Positions 1 through 8,500 of a DNA stretch of 32,000 bases are shown piece after piece. Under the pieces are notes generated by a model. It was given only the letters and a program-made list of their open reading frames with translations, was not told the DNA's origin and searched no databases. The DNA lies in assembly GCF_000009705.1 (NCBI RefSeq), contig NC_003267.1, positions 60,001 to 92,000 on the forward strand. Direction: 5' to 3'. Position numbers and translations under genes: made by a program. Numbering within the stretch: position 1 is the stretch's first letter; each line of letters opens with the position of its first letter. This DNA comes from Nostoc sp. PCC 7120 = FACHB-418 (GTDB taxonomy: Bacteria; Cyanobacteriota; Cyanobacteriia; Cyanobacteriales; Nostocaceae).

Positions 1-1
1 T

Positions 2-211
2 GACCAATTTGAAACTATCGACTCAACGCCCAATCCTCTTACTCACGGACAATTTTTAGGAAATTTTGGGGGAGAACTACCGGACGAAACTATTTGGAGA
101 CTTGCCCAAGGAGATGAGACAGCACTTTCTGATATTGCTGATGGTGGGACTAAACAGCAGGCTAGTGACATCTTTAACAGACTTAAGGAGCTAGGAGCAT
201 GGGAACCATAG
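2..211 (+). CDS. 3' end of an unidentified protein-coding gene (partial, 5' end outside the window)
   Basis: Frame 2 is open from the window edge for 69 codons (DQFETIDSTPNPL...RLKELGAWEP) up to TAG at 209-211. It is absent from the ORF track because it has no start codon. No recognisable motif. Confidence 0.35.
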   Translation, partial: DQFETIDSTPNPLTHGQFLGNFGGELPDETIWRLAQGDETALSDIADGGTKQQASDIFNRLKELGAWEP

Positions 212-367
212 AAGTAGTCATTAATTATATTTGTCTTAATGACGAAGCAAACGGCTTTTGTAGATATTCGCCTGAACTCACATCAAGGATTGAGATTGAT
301 GATCCGTCTTGGGATGGGTACACACAACTAGGAGTTCGCCAACCAAAAAATGCTGTCTTGTTGGTCG

Positions 368-449
368 GCAGAGGAGCAGGGGAGCAGGGGAGCAGAGGAG
401 AGATTTGTACAAGTTTCCCCCCTGCCCCTCCGCACCTCTGCCCCTCTGC
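368..449. repeat. G-rich octamer run (GGAGCAGG-like x4) followed by its C-rich complement; imperfect long hairpin or MITE-like intergenic repeat
   Basis: gcagaggagcaggggagcaggggagcagaggagag (368-402), a 14-nt loop, then cccccctgcccctccgcacctctgcccctctgc (417-449). A 9-bp perfect hairpin ccacgcaaa/tttgcgtgg follows at 456-474, and a HIP1 site at 485-492. Confidence 0.7.
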
Positions 450-597
450 TTGCCACCACGCAAAGTTTGCGTGGCGAAGCACTAGCGATCGCCTCTCCTC
501 TAGCTTGCCCTCTCCACACTCCTTTTTTCCGTGCCGACAACCACGAACGGTATTCTTTATATCTCTATGGCACTGCTATGAATTTGGAGTGTAAACC

Positions 598-1203
598 ATG
601 AACCGAACCGTAAAACTCAAACTGGATGCACCTGTCACCTATGCTGCTTTACAATCCTTAACCAACATCAGCCAAGAAACCATATTTCAAGCACTTGATG
701 GCAACGAGACAGCTGCCGCAGAGGTAGCAGATTTCCGAATCAAACAAACTCAACGCGCCCAAAATGCCAAAGCTGTATTCGGCAACTTAAACCAAGGGTT
801 ACAAGCAACTGAGGCAGTCATGGCTGAAGAAACCCAGTTTCTCACCACCGCAGGTGCAAGCATCAACAAAATGGCTGATGGTTGGTCAAAGGTCAGAGCC
901 AGCGATGCGCGTTTGGGCTATGGACTACAGCAAAAAGTTATTGCATCTGATAACCAACTAGCCCAAGAACAGTTCCGGCATGGACGGACGCTTAACCTAT
1001 TGGGGGAATCTCACCGCGCCGCCCTTAGAGTGATTGAGATTGATGCAACAAAGGCACAATCTCAGGTTTGGCAGCAGGTAAAGGATAAACAGCTTGGTCT
1101 TTCAGGAGCAGACCTAGCCAAAGAAACACTCAAGGACATTCACAGACACGGTTCTAACGCCATGCGCTCTGTGAAAGGTTTCTTTAGACGCTTGATTGAC
1201 TAA
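598..1203 (+). CDS. hypothetical protein, predicted alpha-helical, no recognisable domain
   Basis: 201-aa ORF with an ATG start, lying between two structured intergenic repeats. Same strand as the following genes. Q/A/K-rich helical composition. Confidence 0.55.
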   Translation: MNRTVKLKLDAPVTYAALQSLTNISQETIFQALDGNETAAAEVADFRIKQTQRAQNAKAVFGNLNQGLQATEAVMAEETQFLTTAGASINKMADGWSKVRASDARLGYGLQQKVIASDNQLAQEQFRHGRTLNLLGESHRAALRVIEIDATKAQSQVWQQVKDKQLGLSGADLAKETLKDIHRHGSNAMRSVKGFFRRLID

Positions 1204-1264
1204 CAAGTAAATTCCCAAGGATGAACCCTCAATACCGTTCAGCAAACAAATTTGCTCATGAGGG

Positions 1265-1392
1265 CAAGCAGGGGTGCAGGGGTGCAAGGGAGCAGAGGAG
1301 AAATCTTATACTAATTCTTCCCCTCTGCCCAATTCCTTCCCTCTACCTCTTCCTTCTCCTCTGCTCCTCTGCCCCCCCGCTCCTCTGCTGCC
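1265..1392. repeat. Second copy of the G-rich-octamer / C-rich-complement hairpin repeat
   Basis: gcaagcaggggtgcaggggtgcaagggagcagaggag (1265-1300), a loop, then a C/T-rich arm cccctctgccc...ctcctctgctcctctgcccccccgctcctctgctgcc (1320-1392). Same architecture as 368-449. Confidence 0.7.
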
Positions 1393-1465
1393 GAGAGCGA
1401 AGAGATGTCTTCACCGAACGATATTTGGTTCATCCTTGGGAATCAATCTTTACAGGGTTTGGCCA

Positions 1466-2032
1466 ATGCTGACCAAAAATGAGAAAACACCTATTTACTT
1501 CAATGCTGAGATTGTTGATGAGTCGCCTACATCTTTAACCGGGGATGAATACGACTCTCAACTCTTACAACAGGCGATCGCCTCCACTGACAGTTCTATA
1601 ACTATATTTCGTGGCATTGCCCAAGGTGCAGTTTTAGCTGGTTTTCAACTGGTTTCAACCCAATCGCTGTATCTGGCTGGCTGTGTAGGACTGTTCCCGG
1701 CAGTAGTAGCTGGTTTACCAGTAGGTGCTTCAGTAGCTGCCACTCTCTGCTACTTGCGTTTTGAAAAAAGTCTGATTCCCAAAATTACCAATCGTCAAAA
1801 GTTGGCTATTGGTGTCACTCGTACTGCAATGCTGGCTGCTAGTTCTTACAAGTTAACCGGGGATGCCCAACAGATGGACTCTATAGCCCGTGGCAGTTTT
1901 CAAGTATTTACCCAGCAGGTGAGAGAGTTTGAAGGTATTGAGCAACCTAGTCAAAATCATTTCGGCTTCTTGTTGGGGTTTTGGGTATGTGCAGCCCTGG
2001 CACTGTTTTTATTTTTACGGAAGAAGCGATGA
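1466..2032 (+). CDS. small integral membrane protein (3-4 predicted TM helices), unknown function
   Basis: In-frame ATG at 1466 (MLTKNEKTPIYF...). The upstream part of track ORF 1274..2032 is only the C-rich repeat arm. Hydrophobic segments include AVLAGFQLV..LAGCVGLFPAVVAGLPVGASVAATLCYL and a C-terminal FLLGFWVCAALALFLFLRKKR. Its stop overlaps the next start as ATGA. Confidence 0.55.
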   Translation: MLTKNEKTPIYFNAEIVDESPTSLTGDEYDSQLLQQAIASTDSSITIFRGIAQGAVLAGFQLVSTQSLYLAGCVGLFPAVVAGLPVGASVAATLCYLRFEKSLIPKITNRQKLAIGVTRTAMLAASSYKLTGDAQQMDSIARGSFQVFTQQVREFEGIEQPSQNHFGFLLGFWVCAALALFLFLRKKR

Positions 2033-3933
2033 TGAAAGATGTTAAACCGAGCCAATTAGATCAACGCTCCTACAGTCTGCCACCACGTTTAGGTTTGGTT
2101 ATTAAACTATCTGTGGCAGGTGCTTTAGTTTGTGGCATAGCTGCCCATATCGGTGACGGTATAGCCAAGAAGGACATCTGTTTCTACCCCAAATCAGCCA
2201 GAATCCACGATGCGCCCATACTCGCAGGTGAGGGTAATCCAGAAGAACTATTGCTGGGTAAAAAATATTGTCGCTACGAACAGCGATCGCAAATTCCCGA
2301 ACCATATTTGAAGGCTAACCAGTACCGCACCAGCAACCCAAACTATAACCCTTGGGCATTCCTCCAGCATGAAGGCTTGTATATATTCCGCTCACTGCCA
2401 GCCGACAATCCATTTAAGATTCATTTGGGTATTGCAGCGATCGCATTTGGAGGGATAGGTTTGTGGGCCACTAGTAAGGCACAAGATTATTTTAGTGATA
2501 TTCGACCGCATTACCGAGCTACCAAGCAATTTGAAGGTGTAAAAGCCTCTTACAGTGTCAAACTGGGTGAGCAATTGTTGGAACTATCTGGTAACGAATT
2601 GCTGAAATACTTGCGTGGTATCAAAATTGCGGAAGCCAGACAGCAGTTTATCGCCAGCATTACCCCACAACAGCAGACAGCCCTACTTATGGCGATGTCG
2701 GCTGACGATTATTATGAGTTTGGTCACTTGTTAGATGGGGGTCAAAGCTTTGAGAAATTTGAGCCACAGCAACAGCCAGCCGCACAATTACCACACGGCA
2801 CACCCGGCACTGTGCAAGAGCAAGTACAACAGTCAACGCTTGCACCTCAAGATGTACCAACAGGCGATTATCTTCACCTATCGGAGAGCGTTGCACTAAC
2901 TACTCTGCAAAGTATAGCCCGTTCTGATGGTTCTACTGCTTTAGTTGCTGCCCCAGGCTCAGGAAAATCCGTTGCCCTTGATTACCTGATTCGGAGGATT
3001 CTGGATAGTGACAATAGTGCTGATATTTGGGTCATCAGTGCCAAAAATGATAGCTTTTGTGGTTTACGGGACAAGGGTAAGGTAATTGTCTTTGATCAGG
3101 AGCAACCAGAAGCAACTAAACGCACAATTGATCACTTTTATGACTGCTACAAGCAACGTAAGCAGTTACCTGAACATAAACGGGAATCATTACCACCGTT
3201 AATTCTGATTTTGGATGATTGGTTAGTTATCGCTGACCAACTTAGTAAAGCTTTCTCGGACTGGAATTATGGAAGTAAGTTACTTGATGTCTTACTGATT
3301 GGTAGAGAGTTTAACACTAAGTTTTTTGCTTCCCTTCAGTCTTTTAATTTGGCTGCATTAGGTATTGAAAAGATGGATTCTCAAACTCGTCTCTGCCTCA
3401 ATTTACTGTTATTAGGTAACAGGTATATCAAAAATGGTAGGGAACAAGAATCTTATGGAGTGCTGGAGTTAATTTTAAATAGGGGTGACATTATCCCAGG
3501 CAAGCAAGAACGGGAAGACATTAAGTCTAGATACCTTCAGATAAAACCTATATCTTATAAAAATTTCCGTCCCATCTTGATTGCTTCTTTGGGTGGTTTT
3601 GTTGTGGCACTGATGCCTAAACTATCAAAGCAGTCCGATTCTATTGCTGATGAAATACCTTATGAGGATAGAGTTTTTGACTTAGAGTTTAATTTAGAAT
3701 TGAACGGTCAACAATTAAAACATCAACAACAATTAAGTGAAGCAGCCAATAAAGTTTTAGAATACTTCCATAATGTGAAAAATAAAGTACCTAAGACATT
3801 ACGTGATTTAAAGAAAGCTGACAGGCTTATCAGCTACTCAGAACAGGAATTAATTGCTGGTTTACAGGAATTAATTCAGGCTGAAAAGCTCTTAGCTGGT
3901 GAAAATAATACTTATTTATTACCTGATTGGTAA
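2029..3933 (+). CDS. membrane-anchored P-loop NTPase, FtsK/HerA/TraB-like (putative DNA translocase) with a C-terminal helical (possibly wHTH) tail
   Basis: ATG at 2029 overlaps the upstream TGA (ATGA). There are two N-terminal hydrophobic helices (LVIKLSVAGALVCGIAAHI and IHLGIAAIAFGGIGLWA). Walker A is AAPGSGKS (2950-2970) and Walker B is PPLILILDDW. The family assignment is by motif only. Confidence 0.6.
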   Translation: MMKDVKPSQLDQRSYSLPPRLGLVIKLSVAGALVCGIAAHIGDGIAKKDICFYPKSARIHDAPILAGEGNPEELLLGKKYCRYEQRSQIPEPYLKANQYRTSNPNYNPWAFLQHEGLYIFRSLPADNPFKIHLGIAAIAFGGIGLWATSKAQDYFSDIRPHYRATKQFEGVKASYSVKLGEQLLELSGNELLKYLRGIKIAEARQQFIASITPQQQTALLMAMSADDYYEFGHLLDGGQSFEKFEPQQQPAAQLPHGTPGTVQEQVQQSTLAPQDVPTGDYLHLSESVALTTLQSIARSDGSTALVAAPGSGKSVALDYLIRRILDSDNSADIWVISAKNDSFCGLRDKGKVIVFDQEQPEATKRTIDHFYDCYKQRKQLPEHKRESLPPLILILDDWLVIADQLSKAFSDWNYGSKLLDVLLIGREFNTKFFASLQSFNLAALGIEKMDSQTRLCLNLLLLGNRYIKNGREQESYGVLELILNRGDIIPGKQEREDIKSRYLQIKPISYKNFRPILIASLGGFVVALMPKLSKQSDSIADEIPYEDRVFDLEFNLELNGQQLKHQQQLSEAANKVLEYFHNVKNKVPKTLRDLKKADRLISYSEQELIAGLQELIQAEKLLAGENNTYLLPDW

Positions 3934-3947
3934 AGCATCTGTCGTAG

Positions 3948-4089
3948 TGCCGTAAGTTCTAGATGCTACCTTTAAGTGATTTATCCTCTTTGTACGGCAT
4001 AGTCTCAAATCACGGCATGGCTTACCAGCAAAGCATTTTAGCCTACGGCATATTTACGGCAAGTTACGGCAGGCACGAAACTCACGGCA
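3948..4089. repeat. Array of seven YACGGCA motifs (one inverted) immediately 3' of the ATPase gene; candidate protein-binding site array (clt, centromere or iteron-like)
   Basis: Motif positions are tgccgta 3948-3954 (inverted), tacggca 3993-3999, cacggca 4011-4017, tacggca 4044-4050, ttacggca 4054-4061, ttacggca 4064-4071 and cacggca 4083-4089. Three of them are spaced 10-11 bp apart. Confidence 0.75.
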
Positions 4090-4139
4090 GATATCTAGAT
4101 TGAATTAGTATTAGCTAAAAATCCCTAAATAAGAATTCA

Positions 4140-4295
4140 GAAGTCAGGAGTCAGAACTCAGTATTGATTTTAGACTACTAAGTAATGAGTACAATTTTAA
4201 AAGCTCATTTCTTGTAACTCAAATAAAATTTACTTACTTCTTGAAACTCCCATCTTTTAATAGATAGATTATTCTTAATTCTGACTCCTGACTTC
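4140..4295. repeat. Perfect 17-bp inverted repeat (gaagtcaggagtcagaa / ttctgactcctgacttc) enclosing 122 bp of AT-rich DNA
   Basis: The left arm at 4140-4156 is the exact reverse complement of the right arm at 4279-4295. It lies upstream of the 4355 CDS. The AGTCAGG tandem heptamers are typical of cyanobacterial short repeats. Confidence 0.8.
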
Positions 4296-4354
4296 CTTTT
4301 ATTACATTAATTCCTACAAATGCTTAATTAAACCCATCAAAAAAGGCATGAGTT

Positions 4355-5197
4355 ATGACAGTTTTTACAAGATTCCGTCAAGTTAATTTCTCAGCAATTG
4401 AAAGCCTTGCTCAAAATTTAAAGTCGGCGCTTCAAGAGATAGTCTCTCTAGAGAAAGATAAACAATACTTTTTTATCCAAAATGAAGCAATCTTAGTTCA
4501 CAAGCTTGTGAAAAATGCTGCTAACTCAATTAATCATTTGGTGCGTATAGATTTGGATAACCAAAAAGCTGTTGAAGTTGTCAAAACTGTAGTTAAGTAT
4601 TTACATACTGCCTATATTAGAGTTTCCAGAACTGCTGGTTATGTTGCACAGAAAGTAGAACGGTTATGGAGTGAGGCATTTAATCTGTTACCTTCAGGTA
4701 CGATAATACAGCCTGAACTGTTTGCGCCTAATGAAGTTAAATCTGTTGAAGAAAATAAAACTCCTATTCTTGGTGTTATTACCAAGTGGTTTAAGGATCA
4801 TGCTCAACGTTGGGCTTTTCAACAACAACAACAATTAGATAAACAGTATTTTGATTACATCAACAACGGTAAACCAAAGCCCCCGGTTGCAGTACAGCTA
4901 TGTCTTGATTTAGAAAGTGTTGCTCCTGCCAACCTTGTAGCCAAAATAGATGGTGATAACGGATGTTCAGAGGTTTATACTTTTGAGCAAATACACTGTT
5001 ACGGTTATCAAAAGCTGGAAGCGCTGAACAATCATACTTTAACTATCGACAGTATCAAGAATTTAACTCTACGGGCTGCGCGAAGACTGGCTAGTGAGTT
5101 GGGACTGCCTCAAAAAATCAATGGGCAGGATTTGAGAAAGGAGGCGCTGATTGCTTCTCTGCTGGACTGGTGGCAGCAGCAAGCTTACCAGTGTTGA
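4355..5197 (+). CDS. hypothetical protein with a C-terminal SAP/HeH (Rho_N-like) helix-extended-helix motif; possible DNA-binding protein
   Basis: 280-aa ORF. The C-terminus LTLRAARRLASELGLPQKINGQDLRKEALIASLL fits the L..aa.LA.elGl....G.rKeeLI..L pattern of SAP/HeH motifs. The rest is unrecognised. Confidence 0.5.
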   Translation: MTVFTRFRQVNFSAIESLAQNLKSALQEIVSLEKDKQYFFIQNEAILVHKLVKNAANSINHLVRIDLDNQKAVEVVKTVVKYLHTAYIRVSRTAGYVAQKVERLWSEAFNLLPSGTIIQPELFAPNEVKSVEENKTPILGVITKWFKDHAQRWAFQQQQQLDKQYFDYINNGKPKPPVAVQLCLDLESVAPANLVAKIDGDNGCSEVYTFEQIHCYGYQKLEALNNHTLTIDSIKNLTLRAARRLASELGLPQKINGQDLRKEALIASLLDWWQQQAYQC

Positions 5198-5228
5198 GCT
5201 ACGACAAGTTCTTTAACTGGGAGTAAAG

Positions 5229-5387
5229 CAGGTGGCGTTAGCGTAGTGTCAGGGGCGGGTGGCAATTATAGTAATTAATCCATGAGATATCTATTGCCCG
5301 TCCCTGACACCATCTGCTTTAAGCGGAGCGGCTACCAGTTCCTCGCCGAGTTGTTAACTGTCCGTTTTTAGCCGCCTAATATGGACA
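5229..5387. repeat. Structured intergenic element, copy A (shares 91-99 bp with 23694-23784)
   Basis: Core 5289-5387 is atctattgcccgtccctgacaccatctgcttta...ccagttcctcgccgagttgttaactgtcc...gcctaatatggaca. Copy A also has an inverted partner, gtgtcaggggcgggtggcaat (5246-5266), that pairs with attgcccgtccctgacac (5293-5310). Confidence 0.7.
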
Positions 5388-5521
5388 CTTCATCAGGGTA
5401 AAATAATCGGCTGATTTGGTATTTTCAGCTTTTAGAGGTGGATTAAAAAGTTTCTCAACCCTAGAGATTACACGTTATGGCTCTTATATGTACTGCGTTC
5501 TCTCACTCAAGATGTTCTTCT

Positions 5522-8500
5522 TTATCTCCACCATCGTGACACATCCTGAATAGCAGAAGCTGTATCTTTCATTGCTTGTTTACCACCTAAAGTAAATATC
5601 ACAGGAGTTAATGCATTTATATCACTCAGTAAATTTGGGCGAGTGTGAATAGATAAAATGTTCAAAGTATCTCGCCAGAGATCAAAAAGTGGAGTTTTTT
5701 GTATTTGTGAAAGTTTATCAGCCAAACTACTTATGGCATAGGCGCGCTTATGCGTAGACTGAATCTCCCTAGCAGCAGCCAGTGCCTCACTTAACAATTC
5801 AGGTGGCAGTAGAGTAGCCAAACTACTTAGAGTGTTGGCGCGATACTCCTCATTCTGAATCTCCCTAGCAGCAGCCAGTACCTCACTTAACAATTCAGGT
5901 GGCAGTAGAGGAGCCAAACTACTGAGGGCGTTGGTGCGATACTCCTCATTCTGAATCTCCTTAGCAGCAGCAAGTGCCTCACTTAACAATTCAGGTGGTA
6001 GTAGAGGAGCCAGACGGCTTAGGGCTTTGGCGCGATAATACTCATCCTGAATCTCCTCAGCAGCAGCTAGTGCCTCACTTAACAACTCTGGTAAGTTATC
6101 AGCCAAACTACTTAGGGTTTTGGCGCGATAATACTCATCCTGAATCTCCCTAGCAGCAGCTAGTGCCTCACTTAACAATTCAGGTGGTAGTAGAGGAGCC
6201 AGACGGCTTAGGGCTTTGGCGCGATAATACTCATCCTGAATCTCCTTAGCAGCAGCAAGTGCCTCACTTAACAATTCAGGTAGCAGTAGAGGAGCCAAAC
6301 TACGTAGGGCTTTGGCGCGATAATACTCATCCTGAATCTCCTTAGCAGCAGCAAGTGCCTCACTTAACAACTCTGGCAACTTATCAGCCAAACTACATAG
6401 GGCTTTGGCGCGATAATACTCATCCTGAATCTCCTTAGCAGCAGCAAGTGCCTCACTTAACAACTCTGGCAACTTATCAGCCAAACTACGTAGGGCATAG
6501 GCACGATAATACTCATCCTGCATCTCCCTAGCAGCAGCAAGTGCCTCTGGTAACAACTTTGGCAGTAGAGGAGCCAGACGGCTTAGGGCTTTGGCGCGAT
6601 AATACTCATCCTGAATCTCCTTAGCAGCAGCAAGTGCCTCACTTAACAATTCAGGTAGCAGTAGAGGAGCCAAACGGCTTAGGGCTAAAGCGCGATCATA
6701 CTCAGACTGAATCTCCTTAGCAGCAGCAAGTGCCTCTGGCAACAACTTTGGCAGTAGAAGAGCCAAACTACTGAGGGCTAAAGCGCGATACTCCTCATTC
6801 TGAATCTCCCTAGCAGCAGCCAGTACCTTACTTAACAATTCAGGTGGCAATTTATTAGGCAAACTACTTAGAGTGTTGGCGCGATACTCCTCATTCTGAA
6901 TCTCCCTAGCAGCAGCCAGTACCTCACTTAACAATTCAGGTGGCAATTTATTAGGCAAACTACTTAGAGTGTTGGCGCGATACTCCTCATTCTGAATCTC
7001 CCTAGCAGCAGCCAGTACCTCACTTAACAATTCAGGTGGCAGTAGAGGAGCCAAACTACTGAGGGCTAAAGCGCGATACTCTTCATCCTGAATCTGCCTA
7101 GCAGCAGCCAGTGCCTCACTTAACAATTCAGGTGGCAGTAGAAGAGCCAAACGGCTTAGGGCTAAAGCGCGATCATACTCATACTGAATCTCTCTAGCAG
7201 CAGCCAGTGCCTCTGGTAACAACTCTGGCAACTTACCAGCCCAACTACTTAGGGTTTTGGCGCGATAATACTCATCCTTAATCTGCCTAGCAGCAGCCAG
7301 TGCCTCACTTAACAATTCAGGTGGCAGTAGAGGAGCCAAACGGCTTAGGGCTAAAGCGCGATCATACTCAGACTGAATCTCTCTAGCAGCAGCAAGTGCT
7401 TCTGGCAACAACTCTGGCAGTAGAAGAGCTAAACTACTTAGAGCGTTGGCACGATTTGACTCATCCTGAAACTCCCTAGCAGCAGCCAGTGCCTCACTTA
7501 ACAATTCAGGTGGTAGTAGAGGAGCCAGACGGCTTAGGGCTTTGGCGCGATAATACTCAGACTGAAACTCCCTAGCAGCAACCAGTGCCTCACTTAACAA
7601 TTCAGCAGGCAGTAGAGGAGCTAAACTACTTAGAGCGTTGGCACGATTTGACTCATCCTGAAACTCCCTAGCAGCAGCCAGTGCCTCACTTAACAATTCA
7701 GGTGGTAGTAGAGGAGCCAAATTACTTAAAGCATAGGCGCGACCCTCCTCATCCTGAATCTCCCTAGTAGCAGCCAGTGCCTCTGGCAACAACTCTGGCA
7801 GTAGAGGAGCCAAACTACTTAGGGCTTTGGCGCGATAATACTCATCCTGAAACTCCTTAGCAGCAACCAGTGCCTCTGGCAACAACTCTGGTATTAGAGG
7901 AGCCAAACTACTTAAAGCATAGGCACGACCCTCCTCATCCTGAATCTCCCTAACAGCAGCCAGTGCCTCTGGCAACAACTCTGGCATTAGAGGAGCCAAA
8001 CTACTTAGGGCTTTGGCACGCTTATACTCATCCTGAATTTCCCTAGCAGCAGCCAGTGCCTCTGGCAACAACTCTGGCAGTAGAGGAGACAAACTACTTA
8101 GAGATCTGACGCGATTTGACTCATCCTGAATCTCCCTAGCAGTAGCCAGTGCCTTACTTAATAATTCAGGTGGCAGTAAAGGAGTTAAACTACTTAGGGC
8201 ATAGGCACGCTCTAACTCAGCTTGAATCTCCCTAGCAGCAGCAAGTGCCTCACTTAAAAACTCAGGTAGCAGTAGAGGAGCCAAACTACTTAGGGCGTTG
8301 GCGCGATTTGACTCATCCTGAATCTCCCTAGCAGCAGCCAATGCTTTCCTTAGCCCTAATTCTTTTAGGTTTGGTGGCAAATGATTGACTAGCTGTGTAA
8401 GCAAGTAGGCTTTATTTTCTGGGTTCGAGCTTTGTAGCACGTAAGCGAGTCCTTGCTGGGGAGTCCAGACATTTTTTTGAACTAACGCAATCAACAGTTG

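Noticed and set aside
199-601. Five overlapping track ORFs on both strands (199..594, 225..482, 278..463, 328..540, 350..601)
   Set aside because: All of them run through the G-rich/C-rich octamer hairpin repeat, which is stop-free in several frames. Their low-complexity translations (GAGEQGSRG, PLPLRTSAPLL) are mutually exclusive. I treat them as repeat artefacts.
1221-1465. Track ORF 1221..1472 and the first 64 codons of ORF 1274..2032
   Set aside because: The same repeat artefact (second hairpin element). The credible start of the membrane protein is the ATG at 1466.
5711-8347. Regular ~94-bp periodic repeat that might be taken for a CRISPR array or satellite
   Set aside because: There are no unique spacers. 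The whole array is one uninterrupted reading frame encoding a coherent 31-32-aa protein repeat, so it is a coding tandem repeat.
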